Shown here: piece after piece, positions 31,847-44,048 of the stretch
Position numbering within the stretch: the first letter of the stretch is position 1
How the letters are laid out: every line of letters begins with the position of its first letter
The notes under the pieces: generated by a model
Seen by the model: only the letters and a program-made list of their open reading frames with translations
Database searches by the model: none
What the model was told of the DNA's origin: nothing
Made by a program: the position numbers and the translations under genes
Source: Escherichia coli
Lineage (GTDB): Bacteria > Pseudomonadota > Gammaproteobacteria > Enterobacterales > Enterobacteriaceae
Assembly: GCF_003334315.1 (NCBI RefSeq)
Contig: NZ_QOWR01000004.1
Length of the DNA stretch: 64,000 bases
Direction: 5' to 3' (one strand)

Positions 31847-32755
31847 ATGATGTTAAGTAAGAAAAACAGCGAGACGCTGGAAAATTTCAGTGAAAAGCTG
31901 GAGGTCGAAGGGCGCAGCTTGTGGCAGGACGCACGTCGACGTTTTATGCATAACCGTGCGGCGGTTGCCAGTCTGATAGTGCTGGTGCTGATCGCGTTAT
32001 TTGTAATCCTGGCACCGATGCTTTCGCAGTTTGCCTATGACGATACTGACTGGGCGATGATGTCCAGCGCCCCGGATATGGAGTCCGGTCACTACTTTGG
32101 TACTGACTCATCCGGTCGCGACCTGCTTGTGCGCGTTGCGATTGGCGGGCGTATCTCACTCATGGTCGGTGTTGCTGCGGCACTGGTGGCAGTGGTCGTG
32201 GGGACACTTTATGGTTCGCTTTCCGGTTATCTGGGCGGTAAAGTGGATTCGGTAATGATGCGTCTGCTGGAAATCCTCAACTCCTTCCCATTCATGTTCT
32301 TCGTCATTTTGCTTGTGACCTTTTTCGGTCAAAACATCCTGCTGATTTTCGTGGCGATTGGCATGGTTTCCTGGCTGGATATGGCTCGTATTGTGCGTGG
32401 ACAAACCCTGAGTCTGAAGCGCAAAGAGTTTATTGAGGCGGCACAAGTTGGCGGTGTATCGACATCGGGCATTGTTATTCGCCACATTGTGCCGAATGTA
32501 CTCGGTGTGGTGGTGGTCTACGCATCACTTCTGGTGCCCAGCATGATCCTCTTTGAATCTTTCCTTAGCTTCCTGGGGTTGGGTACGCAAGAGCCGTTAA
32601 GCAGCTGGGGTGCATTGCTGAGTGATGGCGCGAACTCGATGGAAGTCTCTCCATGGTTATTGTTGTTCCCAGCGGGATTCCTCGTGGTGACGCTGTTTTG
32701 TTTCAACTTTATCGGCGATGGCTTGCGTGATGCCCTCGACCCGAAAGATCGTTAA
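31847..32755 (+). CDS. oppC: oligopeptide ABC transporter permease
   Basis: 302-aa polytopic ORF. Confidence 0.96.
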   Translation: MMLSKKNSETLENFSEKLEVEGRSLWQDARRRFMHNRAAVASLIVLVLIALFVILAPMLSQFAYDDTDWAMMSSAPDMESGHYFGTDSSGRDLLVRVAIGGRISLMVGVAAALVAVVVGTLYGSLSGYLGGKVDSVMMRLLEILNSFPFMFFVILLVTFFGQNILLIFVAIGMVSWLDMARIVRGQTLSLKRKEFIEAAQVGGVSTSGIVIRHIVPNVLGVVVVYASLLVPSMILFESFLSFLGLGTQEPLSSWGALLSDGANSMEVSPWLLLFPAGFLVVTLFCFNFIGDGLRDALDPKDR

Positions 32756-32766
32756 GGAGTGCAGCC

Positions 32767-33780
32767 ATGAGCGTAATTGAAACTGCAACTGTGCCGCTCG
32801 CACAACAACAGGCTGACGCACTGCTGAACGTGAAAGATTTGCGTGTCACCTTTAGTACCCCGGACGGCGACGTCACGGCGGTCAATGATTTGAATTTTTC
32901 CCTACGTGCCGGAGAAACGCTGGGTATTGTAGGTGAGTCTGGTTCGGGTAAATCGCAAACTGCATTTGCGTTGATGGGCCTGTTGGCTGCCAACGGACGT
33001 ATTGGCGGATCGGCAACCTTCAATGGGCGTGAAATCCTCAATTTGCCAGAGCATGAACTCAATAAACTGCGCGCTGAACAAATCTCAATGATTTTTCAGG
33101 ACCCAATGACTTCGTTGAATCCCTATATGCGCGTCGGTGAGCAGTTGATGGAAGTGCTGATGCTGCATAAGAACATGAGCAAAGCTGAGGCGTTTGAAGA
33201 GTCGGTGCGGATGCTCGATGCGGTAAAAATGCCGGAAGCGCGTAAACGCATGAAAATGTACCCGCACGAATTTTCTGGCGGCATGCGTCAGCGAGTCATG
33301 ATTGCGATGGCCTTGTTATGTCGACCTAAGCTGCTGATTGCGGATGAACCAACAACTGCGCTGGACGTCACCGTACAGGCGCAGATCATGACGCTATTAA
33401 ATGAACTGAAGCGGGAATTTAATACCGCCATCATTATGATCACCCACGATCTTGGCGTGGTGGCGGGGATCTGCGACAAAGTGCTGGTAATGTACGCCGG
33501 GCGCACGATGGAATATGGCAACGCGCGCGATGTCTTTTATCAACCCGTTCATCCTTATTCTATCGGTTTGCTCAACGCGGTGCCGCGTCTCGATGCGGAA
33601 GGTGAAACAATGTTGACCATCCCGGGTAATCCGCCAAACCTGCTGCGATTACCGAAAGGTTGCCCGTTCCAGCCACGTTGTCCGCATGCGATGGAAATTT
33701 GTAGTAGCGCACCGCCGCTGGAAGAGTTTACGCCTGGCCGTCTGCGTGCTTGCTTTAAACCGGTGGAGGAACTGTTATGA
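32767..33780 (+). CDS. oppD: oligopeptide ABC transporter ATPase
   Basis: 337-aa ORF with Walker A GESGSGKS and ABC signature; 4-bp overlap with oppF. Confidence 0.96.
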   Translation: MSVIETATVPLAQQQADALLNVKDLRVTFSTPDGDVTAVNDLNFSLRAGETLGIVGESGSGKSQTAFALMGLLAANGRIGGSATFNGREILNLPEHELNKLRAEQISMIFQDPMTSLNPYMRVGEQLMEVLMLHKNMSKAEAFEESVRMLDAVKMPEARKRMKMYPHEFSGGMRQRVMIAMALLCRPKLLIADEPTTALDVTVQAQIMTLLNELKREFNTAIIMITHDLGVVAGICDKVLVMYAGRTMEYGNARDVFYQPVHPYSIGLLNAVPRLDAEGETMLTIPGNPPNLLRLPKGCPFQPRCPHAMEICSSAPPLEEFTPGRLRACFKPVEELL

Positions 33781-34781
33781 ATGCTGTAACTGAAGGAAGA
33801 AAAGTCCTCCTTGAAATCGCCGATCTTAAAGTGCACTTTGAAATCAAAGATGGCAAACAGTGGTTCTGGCAACCGCCGAAAACGCTCAAAGCCGTCGATG
33901 GTGTCACTCTTCGCCTGTATGAAGGGGAAACATTAGGTGTGGTAGGGGAATCGGGATGCGGTAAGTCCACCTTTGCTCGCGCCATCATCGGTTTGGTCAA
34001 GGCGACCGACGGTCATGTTGCCTGGTTAGGTAAAGAGTTGCTGGGCATGAAACCCGATGAATGGCGTGCCGTTCGCAGTGATATTCAGATGATTTTCCAG
34101 GATCCGTTGGCATCGCTAAACCCGCGTATGACCATCGGCGAGATCATCGCTGAACCACTACGTACTTATCATCCGAAAATGTCACGCCAGGAAGTTCGCG
34201 AGCGCGTGAAGGCGATGATGCTGAAAGTCGGGTTATTGCCTAACCTGATTAACCGCTATCCGCATGAGTTCTCTGGTGGGCAGTGCCAGCGTATCGGGAT
34301 TGCGCGTGCTCTTATTCTTGAACCGAAGCTGATTATCTGTGATGAGCCGGTGTCGGCGCTGGACGTGTCAATTCAGGCACAGGTGGTCAACCTGCTCCAG
34401 CAATTGCAACGTGAGATGGGATTGTCATTAATTTTTATCGCTCATGACCTGGCCGTGGTAAAACACATTTCCGATCGTGTGTTGGTGATGTATCTCGGCC
34501 ATGCGGTAGAACTGGGGACCTATGATGAGGTCTACCACAATCCACTACATCCTTACACCAGGGCATTGATGTCGGCAGTCCCCATACCTGATCCGGATCT
34601 GGAGAAGAACAAAACCATCCAGTTACTGGAAGGGGAATTACCGTCGCCGATCAACCCGCCTTCCGGTTGTGTTTTCCGTACCCGTTGCCCGATTGCCGGT
34701 CCAGAGTGCGCCAAAACACGTCCTGTTCTGGAGGGGAGTTTCAGACACGCCGTTTCTTGCCTGAAAGTCGATCCGCTTTAA
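33777..34781 (+). CDS. oppF: oligopeptide ABC transporter ATPase
   Basis: 334-aa ORF with Walker A GESGCGKS. Confidence 0.96.
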   Translation: MNAVTEGRKVLLEIADLKVHFEIKDGKQWFWQPPKTLKAVDGVTLRLYEGETLGVVGESGCGKSTFARAIIGLVKATDGHVAWLGKELLGMKPDEWRAVRSDIQMIFQDPLASLNPRMTIGEIIAEPLRTYHPKMSRQEVRERVKAMMLKVGLLPNLINRYPHEFSGGQCQRIGIARALILEPKLIICDEPVSALDVSIQAQVVNLLQQLQREMGLSLIFIAHDLAVVKHISDRVLVMYLGHAVELGTYDEVYHNPLHPYTRALMSAVPIPDPDLEKNKTIQLLEGELPSPINPPSGCVFRTRCPIAGPECAKTRPVLEGSFRHAVSCLKVDPL

Positions 34782-34790
34782 AAACAATAA

Positions 34791-34815
34791 GGGCTGACAG
34801 TTGTCAGCCCTTTTT
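34791..34815. terminator. bidirectional terminator between oppF and yciU
   Basis: GGGCTGACAGTTGTCAGCCC hairpin flanked by A-run and T-run. Confidence 0.75.
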
Positions 34816-34833
34816 CACGCTAAAAGCGATTAT

Positions 34834-36658
<1,825 letters not shown>

Positions 36659-36800
36659 AGATTAGAAATCCTTTTGAAAGCGCATTGTTATGAGTTTACG
36701 CATATGGATTCATCTGGCAAATAAAAACGCGGGAAAAGCACTGGTCAGCGTCGGGGGTGGGGGTATAATGACCATTCTGTTATTGCATAGAGTAGTTAAC

Positions 36801-36974
36801 ATGAAGCGGAGTAGAACGGAAGTGGGGCGCTGGCGCATGCAGCGTCAGGCTAGCCGACGTAAATCGCGTTGGCTTGAGGGGCAATCGCGCCGAAATATGC
36901 GTATCCACAGCATCAGGAAGTGCATTCTAAACAAACAGCGTAACTCGTTATTGTTTGCGATCTACAATATCTAA
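36801..36974 (+). CDS. yciY: small basic protein YciY
   Basis: 57 codons from ATG 36801 (MKRSRTEVGRWRMQRQASRRKSRWLEGQSRR...); part of longer track ORF 36690..36974. Confidence 0.6.
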   Translation: MKRSRTEVGRWRMQRQASRRKSRWLEGQSRRNMRIHSIRKCILNKQRNSLLFAIYNI

Positions 36975-36980
36975 ATGTAC

Positions 36981-37001
36981 TGGGCACCATTGCGGTGCCC
37001 A
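36981..37001. terminator. hairpin between yciY and kch (TGGGCACCATTGCGGTGCCCA)
   Basis: 7-bp GC-rich stem between convergent stops. Confidence 0.5.
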
Positions 37002-37028
37002 ATAAGTTTACTCTTCCGTCTTTAAACT

Positions 37029-38282
37029 CTATTTTTGCGCCGATTCTTTACTGTCAGCTTTCGTTTCTAGTTCATCGTTATCGCTGAAAATACCATGACC
37101 TGAGTTCAACAACATTGAAACGAGCATATCATTATTAATCTCTTCACCATTTAAAACTCGCGCCAGAATTTCGCTGCCAAACAGTTGCGGTGAGAGAATG
37201 ATATCCGGATGTACCATCTTAATCTTATTCAGGTTTTTGCTATCACTGACGGCGAGAACTGTTTTGACATCACTGCTCATATCTTTTGCCGAGAGTACAA
37301 CAAACGCGTTATCTGCATCGTTATCACTCAGCGCCAGAATGGCCCGGCAACGATCGATTCCCGCTTTCTTTAATACAGAACTGTCATTACTGTCACCGGG
37401 GATAACATCAGCATTATCGCCTAAGCGTTGCTCAAGTTGCTTGATATCATCTTCAGGCAAGTTGCTGATAACCGTTACGTTTTGTCCGCGTTGATTCAGT
37501 TGCAGGATCGTATTGATGGCGAGAATCGAATGTCCGCAAACAATAAAATGATCTTTACGATGCATTGTATGATTGTTTCCTTTTACAAGTTTGTTGAATC
37601 CCCCGCGGATAAGCGGACCAAAAATTGAGGTCATAGATGTGGCAAAAACGGTAATGCCGGAAATAATGACCGAAATAGTGAACAATCGTGCTGATTCAGA
37701 AACAGGGACAATATCGCCATAGCCGACGGTTGACATGGTTTCTATCGAAAAATAGAACGCGGTCATCAAACTTTCTATTCGCGGATTAAAACCTTCGCTT
37801 AAATAAAGCGCACCGTAGGTTGAGTAAAACAGTAATGTCGTGAAACTAATAAATGCAAAAATTGTCCCGGCTGCGGCGCTACTGTGGGAGAAGTCTTTGC
37901 GCAGTATCAGCAAAAACACCAGCGTAAAAATGCAAAATCCAATACTAAATTTCAGCCAGGGATAAAAATGCAGGGTGTAAATTAGCGCTATCAACAACAA
38001 AATGATACTGATTGCCCATGCGAGCTTTGCCCGGAACAGTAAGCCAATGGAGTTCAGGACAAGAAAGACGCCGAGCATAAAGAGTGGGGCGTTTGCCAGC
38101 AAGGAGAGATCCAACTCTGAAAATGCTTTGATATGGAAAATATCAAGCAAATTGACCGACATACCATAGATTGTTTTAAAAATAAGCAATCCATTTAAAA
38201 AGACGGCCAGCGCGAGAATGTCGTGCCGAAGGGTCACCCATAAATTTGTTGCTGTTTGTTTGAATGTAGCCCAGTGACTCAC
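37029..38282 (-). CDS. kch: voltage-gated K+ channel homologue Kch
   Basis: K+ selectivity filter TVGYGD plus C-terminal RCK/TrkA-like domain; 417-aa form from GTG 38282 (track ORF from GTG 38300). Confidence 0.93.
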   Translation of the reverse strand: MSHWATFKQTATNLWVTLRHDILALAVFLNGLLIFKTIYGMSVNLLDIFHIKAFSELDLSLLANAPLFMLGVFLVLNSIGLLFRAKLAWAISIILLLIALIYTLHFYPWLKFSIGFCIFTLVFLLILRKDFSHSSAAAGTIFAFISFTTLLFYSTYGALYLSEGFNPRIESLMTAFYFSIETMSTVGYGDIVPVSESARLFTISVIISGITVFATSMTSIFGPLIRGGFNKLVKGNNHTMHRKDHFIVCGHSILAINTILQLNQRGQNVTVISNLPEDDIKQLEQRLGDNADVIPGDSNDSSVLKKAGIDRCRAILALSDNDADNAFVVLSAKDMSSDVKTVLAVSDSKNLNKIKMVHPDIILSPQLFGSEILARVLNGEEINNDMLVSMLLNSGHGIFSDNDELETKADSKESAQK

Positions 38283-38581
38283 TGATACCTCTGTAACCAC
38301 AATTTTGTTTAATTATCTTAGCGTGCACATTTTCTGAACATACATGCAGCGCGTGAATGTGTTAAACAATAGTAGATGACTTTATCCGCAGTAATCAAAG
38401 GATTTGAGCGAGCAACTGTACCTCAGGAAAGGTCATTTTTCCTGAATATGCTCACATCATATAAAGAAATACAGATAAAGTTATTATCTGCTTGTGGTGG
38501 TGAATGCACTGACCGGCTATAAGGAAAGGCCAAACAAGAACACGGTTGCAAAAACCGTGCCCTTAAATATTGAATCTCTAT

Positions 38582-38878
38582 TCAGAACACTTTCTTAAAT
38601 GGTTTCACTGAAACGTGTTCATAGACTCCTGCCGCTACGTACGGGTCAGCATCGGCCCAGGCCTGAGCTGCTTCCAGCGATTCAAATTCAGCAATAACGG
38701 TTGAGCCAGTAAATCCCGCAGCCCCTGGATCGTTACTGTCTACCGCTGGCATTGGACCAGCTGTCAACAAACGACCTTCATCATGCAGTAACTGTAAACG
38801 TGCTAAATGTGCCGGACGAACGGAAAGGCGTTTTTCGAGGCTATCAGCTTTGTCTTGAGCGTAAATAACATACAACAC
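38582..38878 (-). CDS. yciI: YciI-like (Dabb-fold) protein
   Basis: 98 codons from GTG 38878 (.[28 protein letters not shown]...); track ORF 5'-extended. Confidence 0.85.
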
Positions 38879-39035
38879 GGGCACAACTCCTTGTTCGGGA
38901 AAGTTGTAAAGTACGTTATTTGAAAGGGCGAAGATCTGCAACGGAAAGATGATGTCTTTGTTAAGGCCATGCATAAAGTAAGGGTAATTACGCCAAAAAT
39001 GACATTTTCACTGATCCTGATCGTCTTGCCTTATT

Positions 39036-39054
39036 GAATATGATTGCTATTTGC
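39036..39054 (+). promoter_or_regulatory. Fur-box-like sequence in tonB promoter
   Basis: GAATATGATTGCTATTTGC resembles Fur consensus GATAATGATAATCATTATC; position approximate. Confidence 0.45.
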
Positions 39055-39101
39055 ATTTAAAATCGAGACCTGGTTTTTCTACTGAAATGATTATGACTTC
39101 A

Positions 39102-39821
39102 ATGACCCTTGATTTACCTCGCCGCTTCCCCTGGCCGACGTTACTTTCGGTCTGCATTCATGGTGCTGTTGTGGCGGGTCTGCTCTATACCTCGGTACAT
39201 CAGGTTATTGAACTACCTGCGCCTGCGCAGCCGATTTCTGTCACGATGGTTACGCCTGCTGATCTCGAACCGCCACAAGCCGTTCAGCCGCCACCGGAGC
39301 CGGTGGTAGAGCCAGAACCGGAACCTGAGCCGATCCCCGAACCGCCAAAAGAAGCACCGGTGGTCATTGAAAAGCCGAAGCCGAAACCTAAGCCAAAACC
39401 GAAGCCGGTGAAAAAGGTACAGGAGCAGCCAAAACGCGATGTCAAACCCGTAGAGTCGCGTCCGGCATCACCGTTTGAAAATACGGCACCGGCACGCCCG
39501 ACATCAAGTACAGCAACGGCTGCAACCAGCAAGCCGGTTACCAGTGTGGCTTCAGGACCACGCGCATTAAGCCGTAATCAGCCGCAGTATCCGGCACGAG
39601 CACAGGCATTGCGCATTGAAGGGCAGGTTAAAGTTAAATTTGACGTCACGCCGGATGGTCGCGTGGATAACGTACAAATCCTCTCAGCCAAGCCTGCGAA
39701 CATGTTTGAGCGTGAGGTGAAAAATGCGATGCGCAGATGGCGTTATGAGCCGGGTAAGCCAGGCAGTGGGATTGTGGTGAATATCCTGTTTAAAATTAAC
39801 GGCACCACCGAAATTCAGTAA
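39102..39821 (+). CDS. tonB: energy transducer TonB
   Basis: 239 codons from ATG 39102 (MTLDLPRRFPWPTLLSV...), Pro-rich (EP)n/(KP)n spacer; track ORF 5'-extended. Confidence 0.96.
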   Translation: MTLDLPRRFPWPTLLSVCIHGAVVAGLLYTSVHQVIELPAPAQPISVTMVTPADLEPPQAVQPPPEPVVEPEPEPEPIPEPPKEAPVVIEKPKPKPKPKPKPVKKVQEQPKRDVKPVESRPASPFENTAPARPTSSTATAATSKPVTSVASGPRALSRNQPQYPARAQALRIEGQVKVKFDVTPDGRVDNVQILSAKPANMFEREVKNAMRRWRYEPGKPGSGIVVNILFKINGTTEIQ

Positions 39822-39828
39822 GCAGAAA

Positions 39829-39858
39829 GTCAAAAGCCTCCGATCGGAGGCTTTTGAC
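39829..39858. terminator. bidirectional terminator between tonB and yciA
   Basis: perfect palindrome GTCAAAAGCCTCCGATCGGAGGCTTTTGAC. Confidence 0.85.
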
Positions 39859-39860
39859 TA

Positions 39861-40259
39861 TTACTCAACAGGTAAGGCGCGAGGTTTTCCTTCAGGATCA
39901 ACCGCGACATACTTAAATAATGCTTCTGTCGCTTTATACCGTTGCCCGATTGGTTCAGACGCTACTTTTTTCACCCACACTTCAATATTAATGCTGACCG
40001 ATGTCGTCCCTTTCTGGACACAGCGTGCATAGCAGCACACCACATCGCCGACCGCAACCGGCCGTAAGAAAGTCATTCCTTCAACCCGCACAGTCACTAC
40101 GCGACCGTGGGCAATTTCTTTTGCCAGAATAGCGCCGCCAATATCCATTTGTGACATTAACCAACCACCAAAGATGTCACCATTGGCATTGGTATCGGCG
40201 GGCATGGCTAAAGTACGTAAAACAAGATCGCCCTGAGGGACGTTATGTGTTGTAGACAT
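39861..40259 (-). CDS. yciA: acyl-CoA thioesterase YciA (hotdog fold)
   Basis: 132-aa ORF. Confidence 0.93.
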   Translation of the reverse strand: MSTTHNVPQGDLVLRTLAMPADTNANGDIFGGWLMSQMDIGGAILAKEIAHGRVVTVRVEGMTFLRPVAVGDVVCCYARCVQKGTTSVSINIEVWVKKVASEPIGQRYKATEALFKYVAVDPEGKPRALPVE

Positions 40260-40363
40260 GGTAAAACCGACTTAAAAGGAAAATCACAGGCGCGATGCTA
40301 CTATGATTTTCCTGAGGAGAACAGAGGAGATACAGCGCCAGCCCCGAAGGACTGGCAGTCTGG

Positions 40364-40903
40364 TTAGGATTTATCTTCCTGCGGCATGTGGCGGTAGATA
40401 TAGATACCGCTTAACAATGTGAAGATTAAGGTAAGGGCGGTCAGGCCAAAGACTTTAAAGTTGACCCAAATATTTTGCGGCAGCCAGAATGCGATGTAGA
40501 TGTTTGCCAGACCGCAAAGGATAAAGAAAACAGCCCAGGCCAGATTCAGCTTCGACCATACCGGTTGCGGCAGCGTGAGTTCTTTACCCAGCATCCGCTG
40601 AATTAGCGGCTTTTTCATCACCCATTGGCTGACTAACAGGGCTCCCGCAAATAGAGCATAAATGACTGTAACCTTCCATTTAATAAACTCATCATTGTGG
40701 AAGAACAGCGTCAAGCCACCGAAGACGACCACCAGAACAAAAGTGATCAGGGCCATCTTCTCAACCTTACGAAAGCGAACCCAGCTATAGATAAGCACAA
40801 TCGCCGTGGCGACGATCAGCGCCGCAGTAGCTGCATAGATGTCATAAATCTTGTAAAACGCGAAAAAGACAACCAGCGGTAAAAAATCAAGAAACTGCTT
40901 CAT
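40364..40903 (-). CDS. yciB: inner membrane protein YciB (intracellular septation protein A family)
   Basis: 179-aa hydrophobic ORF. Confidence 0.93.
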   Translation of the reverse strand: MKQFLDFLPLVVFFAFYKIYDIYAATAALIVATAIVLIYSWVRFRKVEKMALITFVLVVVFGGLTLFFHNDEFIKWKVTVIYALFAGALLVSQWVMKKPLIQRMLGKELTLPQPVWSKLNLAWAVFFILCGLANIYIAFWLPQNIWVNFKVFGLTALTLIFTLLSGIYIYRHMPQEDKS

Positions 40904-40932
40904 TTTACGATTCCGTAATCAAATGCTTAAGG

Positions 40933-41676
40933 TTATTGGCGAATCAACATATACAGGCGGAACAGATAGATGAGCAATATGGCTGAAATCAGGTTGCTCA
41001 AGGTGTTCGCCAGTACGGCACCAATTTCCGGGGTTAATGCGGCAAAAGAAGAGGCAAAAAGCAGCAACAGTGTTTTTGCCAGCAACCAGCTCAGTACTGC
41101 GGGTGCCACCAGACGCATATTCGCCCAAGTCAGCCGCATACTGCTACGCATCGAGGCAAAAATGCCCATTTTGTCCTGTACCAGCATCACCGGTGCCAGG
41201 GCCAGCAAAATGGCCATGATAATTCCCGGAACGACCACCAGCATGATGCCAATCTGTACTAAAAGGGTAGTCAGAAAAATCAGAATAAATAACTTGGGCA
41301 ATATCGGCGCACTGGCACCAATAGCTCGCAGCGCACTGACTCTCTGACCCGCAGACACCAGCTGGATAATTAATATTACGCCTCCGGCGAGAATGGCGTT
41401 ACCGATCAATCCTGAAAAAGTGGAAGCCGCTGAAGCTTGCAGCAAAATTTGTTGCTGTTCCGGTGACATATTCTGAACCAGGTCGAACAACCCACTACTG
41501 CCGCTAACGGGTACGCCGTCATTGAGCTGCGCAAGCTGTGCATCACTGGGTGAGAAAACATGCCCTAACACCACTGTGATAAACGCACATAGCAACGATA
41601 CCAACAGAATGGTCATAAATTGATTACGGAAGAAATTTCCGGTGTCACGGTATACGGACTGCGCCGTGATAGACAT
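40933..41676 (-). CDS. yciC: UPF0259 membrane protein YciC
   Basis: 247-aa hydrophobic ORF. Confidence 0.93.
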   Translation of the reverse strand: MSITAQSVYRDTGNFFRNQFMTILLVSLLCAFITVVLGHVFSPSDAQLAQLNDGVPVSGSSGLFDLVQNMSPEQQQILLQASAASTFSGLIGNAILAGGVILIIQLVSAGQRVSALRAIGASAPILPKLFILIFLTTLLVQIGIMLVVVPGIIMAILLALAPVMLVQDKMGIFASMRSSMRLTWANMRLVAPAVLSWLLAKTLLLLFASSFAALTPEIGAVLANTLSNLISAILLIYLFRLYMLIRQ

Positions 41677-42032
41677 GCACTCTCCTTGAGTTTTATGCAG
41701 GTGTTAATTAGCGGGCAATTGTACCCTGGTTAAGCCTCGGGTGGCAGCATCAGGTCTTGTATGGAAAAGCATATCTTTGTAAAGCGGAGGTAATTGCTGG
41801 CCTTCAGGCATGGGCAAATCGCGGCAAGTGGCGACCGAGTTAATATTTGCGTAGCGAAAATATTTAAAAATTGATTTAAATCACATTAACCAGGATTCTC
41901 AATGCAACTTCTAAATTAATCCAGATCAATAAAGGGTGAATTATCATATGTAATGTGATCTATGTAGGATCATTTGTTACTCCAATGTAGGTATATTCGT
42001 CACGTTTTTATAACCATAACGACGGAGCGGAT

Positions 42033-42671
42033 ATGAAAAAGTTAACAGTGGCGGCTTTGGCAGTAACAACTCTTCTCTCTGGCAGTGCCTTTGCGCATGA
42101 AGCAGGCGAATTTTTTATGCGTGCAGGTTCTGCAACCGTACGTCCAACAGAAGGTGCTGGTGGTACGTTAGGAAGTCTGGGTGGATTCAGCGTGACCAAT
42201 AACACGCAACTGGGCCTTACGTTTACTTATATGGCGACCGACAACATTGGTGTGGAATTACTGGCAGCGACGCCGTTCCGCCATAAAATCGGCACCCGGG
42301 CGACCGGCGATATTGCAACCGTTCATCATCTGCCACCAACACTGATGGCGCAGTGGTATTTTGGTGATGCCAGCAGCAAATTCCGTCCTTACGTTGGGGC
42401 AGGTATTAACTACACCACCTTCTTTGATAATGGATTTAACGATCATGGCAAAGAGGCAGGGCTTTCCGATCTCAGTCTGAAAGATTCCTGGGGAGCTGCC
42501 GGGCAGGTGGGGGTTGATTATCTGATTAACCGTGACTGGTTGGTTAACATGTCAGTGTGGTACATGGATATCGATACCACCGCCAATTATAAGCTGGGCG
42601 GTGCACAGCAACACGATAGCGTACGCCTCGATCCGTGGGTGTTTATGTTCTCAGCAGGATATCGTTTTTAA
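42033..42671 (+). CDS. ompW: outer membrane protein W
   Basis: 212-aa ORF with signal peptide MKKLTVAALAVTTLLSGSAFA and C-terminal ..FSAGYRF. Confidence 0.96.
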   Translation: MKKLTVAALAVTTLLSGSAFAHEAGEFFMRAGSATVRPTEGAGGTLGSLGGFSVTNNTQLGLTFTYMATDNIGVELLAATPFRHKIGTRATGDIATVHHLPPTLMAQWYFGDASSKFRPYVGAGINYTTFFDNGFNDHGKEAGLSDLSLKDSWGAAGQVGVDYLINRDWLVNMSVWYMDIDTTANYKLGGAQQHDSVRLDPWVFMFSAGYRF

Positions 42672-42685
42672 TTCCGCACAAAAAC

Positions 42686-42706
42686 GACCCCGTAATATAC
42701 GGGGTC
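42686..42706. terminator. hairpin between ompW and yciE (GACCCCGTAATATACGGGGTC)
   Basis: perfect 7-bp stem between convergent stops. Confidence 0.65.
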
Positions 42707-42730
42707 AATAAGGACATGGTATAAAGGGTA

Positions 42731-43237
42731 TTATTTCTTCGCTTCTACGCCATCAGTTTCAGAGCGAATTAAAAATTTCTCAGTTGTTTGCGGAATATTC
42801 TGAATCAGCCAGTCGGCCATTTGCTTTTCCTCATTTAAAATCGCTTCGATGGTTGGAATTGAAGCTGTATCACCGGCATTTTTTGCTGCTGCTAATAGTG
42901 AGGTGTAACAGGCGATTTCAAATTGCTCGAAGACATATCCGCTAATAGAGCCTTTGACTATTTCATCAGAAGGGAATATACCACCGATTGACTGCCCAAG
43001 CGCAGCCATTTTACTCATGGAATCTTTAATGACTGAACGTGAAATGTCATTACGATCAAGAATAGTTTCCAGTTGAACAATCTGGTTTTTGGTTTCACTA
43101 AGATGTTGTTCAATACGAGCGCGTAGTTCAGGATAATTATCTATACGGCTGGCCATGGATTCAAGCATAGATTCGGCTTGCTTTTCCATTGCGTGGGCGT
43201 CACGTAACCAGTCATGATAATGTTCAATACGATTCAT
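42731..43237 (-). CDS. yciE: ferritin-like DUF892 protein YciE
   Basis: 168-aa ORF. Confidence 0.92.
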   Translation of the reverse strand: MNRIEHYHDWLRDAHAMEKQAESMLESMASRIDNYPELRARIEQHLSETKNQIVQLETILDRNDISRSVIKDSMSKMAALGQSIGGIFPSDEIVKGSISGYVFEQFEIACYTSLLAAAKNAGDTASIPTIEAILNEEKQMADWLIQNIPQTTEKFLIRSETDGVEAKK

Positions 43238-43282
43238 GAAAATGTCCTCTTTATAAAATGACTAAAAGTTAAAATTCATATT

Positions 43283-43783
43283 TCAGGCTTTATTTTCGGC
43301 TTTCTTATTTACGTTATTAATGGCCAGATCAGTCAGTTTGATGTCGGTGGCCTTTTCTTCTTCCAGGGTTTCTTTCAGAAGCTTCGCTGCTTTACGGTAA
43401 CCTAATTGTTCAGCCAGCGTCGCTAATGTCCCGTAACTGGCAATCTCATAATGCTCGACTTTCTGTGCTGCGGCAATCAGTGCGGCATCACGCACTTCGT
43501 TTTTCTCGGTACTTTCGATGACCTCATTAGCTTCTTCAATAAGACCTTCCATTGCCACACATTTCATGCGCTTAATTTTCAGGTTCGATTCGGACTCCAC
43601 AACTTGATCAATACGTTCAATCTGTCCATGAGTTTCCTCGAGGTGCGCATGAAAAGCCTGACTTAATTTTTCATTTGATGTTGCTCTTGCGAGTTTTGCC
43701 AGTGCCCGGGTTAATTGTTTTTCTGCGCTGTAGGTATCTGAAAGCAGGTGAATAAATACATCTTCAATGGTCTTCATATTCAT
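43283..43783 (-). CDS. yciF: ferritin-like DUF892 protein YciF
   Basis: 166 codons from ATG 43783 (MNMKTIEDVFIHLLSDTYSAEKQ...); track ORF 5'-extended. Confidence 0.92.
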   Translation of the reverse strand: MNMKTIEDVFIHLLSDTYSAEKQLTRALAKLARATSNEKLSQAFHAHLEETHGQIERIDQVVESESNLKIKRMKCVAMEGLIEEANEVIESTEKNEVRDAALIAAAQKVEHYEIASYGTLATLAEQLGYRKAAKLLKETLEEEKATDIKLTDLAINNVNKKAENKA

Positions 43784-43868
43784 ATTTTTCTCCAGTGAAA
43801 TCACTGCGAGCCATACGGCCCGCAGATGCAATTATCTTTATCAGCTGATATTAATAATTAACGGTGAA

Positions 43869-44048
43869 TCAGGATTTGCCTGATTTATTACCACCGCTTT
43901 GTTGACCGCCTTTTTTACCCGCTTCAGATGCGCGTTGCGGATCATTTTTAAAATTACCGCCGCTATGCTGACCGCCTTTACGGCCTGCGTCGGATGCCTT
44001 CTCACGGTCTTCGGCGAAATTTCCTGAACCACCACGATGTTCGGCCAT
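43869..44048 (-). CDS. yciG: KGG-repeat stress-induced small protein YciG
   Basis: 59 codons from ATG 44048 (MAEHRGGSGNFAEDREKASDAGRKGGQHSGGNFKNDPQRASEAGKKGGQQSGGNKSGKS). Confidence 0.85.
   Translation of the reverse strand: MAEHRGGSGNFAEDREKASDAGRKGGQHSGGNFKNDPQRASEAGKKGGQQSGGNKSGKS

Noticed and set aside
39284-39532. 82-aa Gly/Ser-rich minus-strand ORF
   Set aside because: Reverse complement of the Pro-rich (EP)n/(KP)n repeat of tonB.
41900-41990. Possible FNR site upstream of ompW (TGATC-N7-GATCA)
   Set aside because: Spacing and half-sites do not match the TTGAT-N4-ATCAA consensus; cannot be supported from sequence alone.
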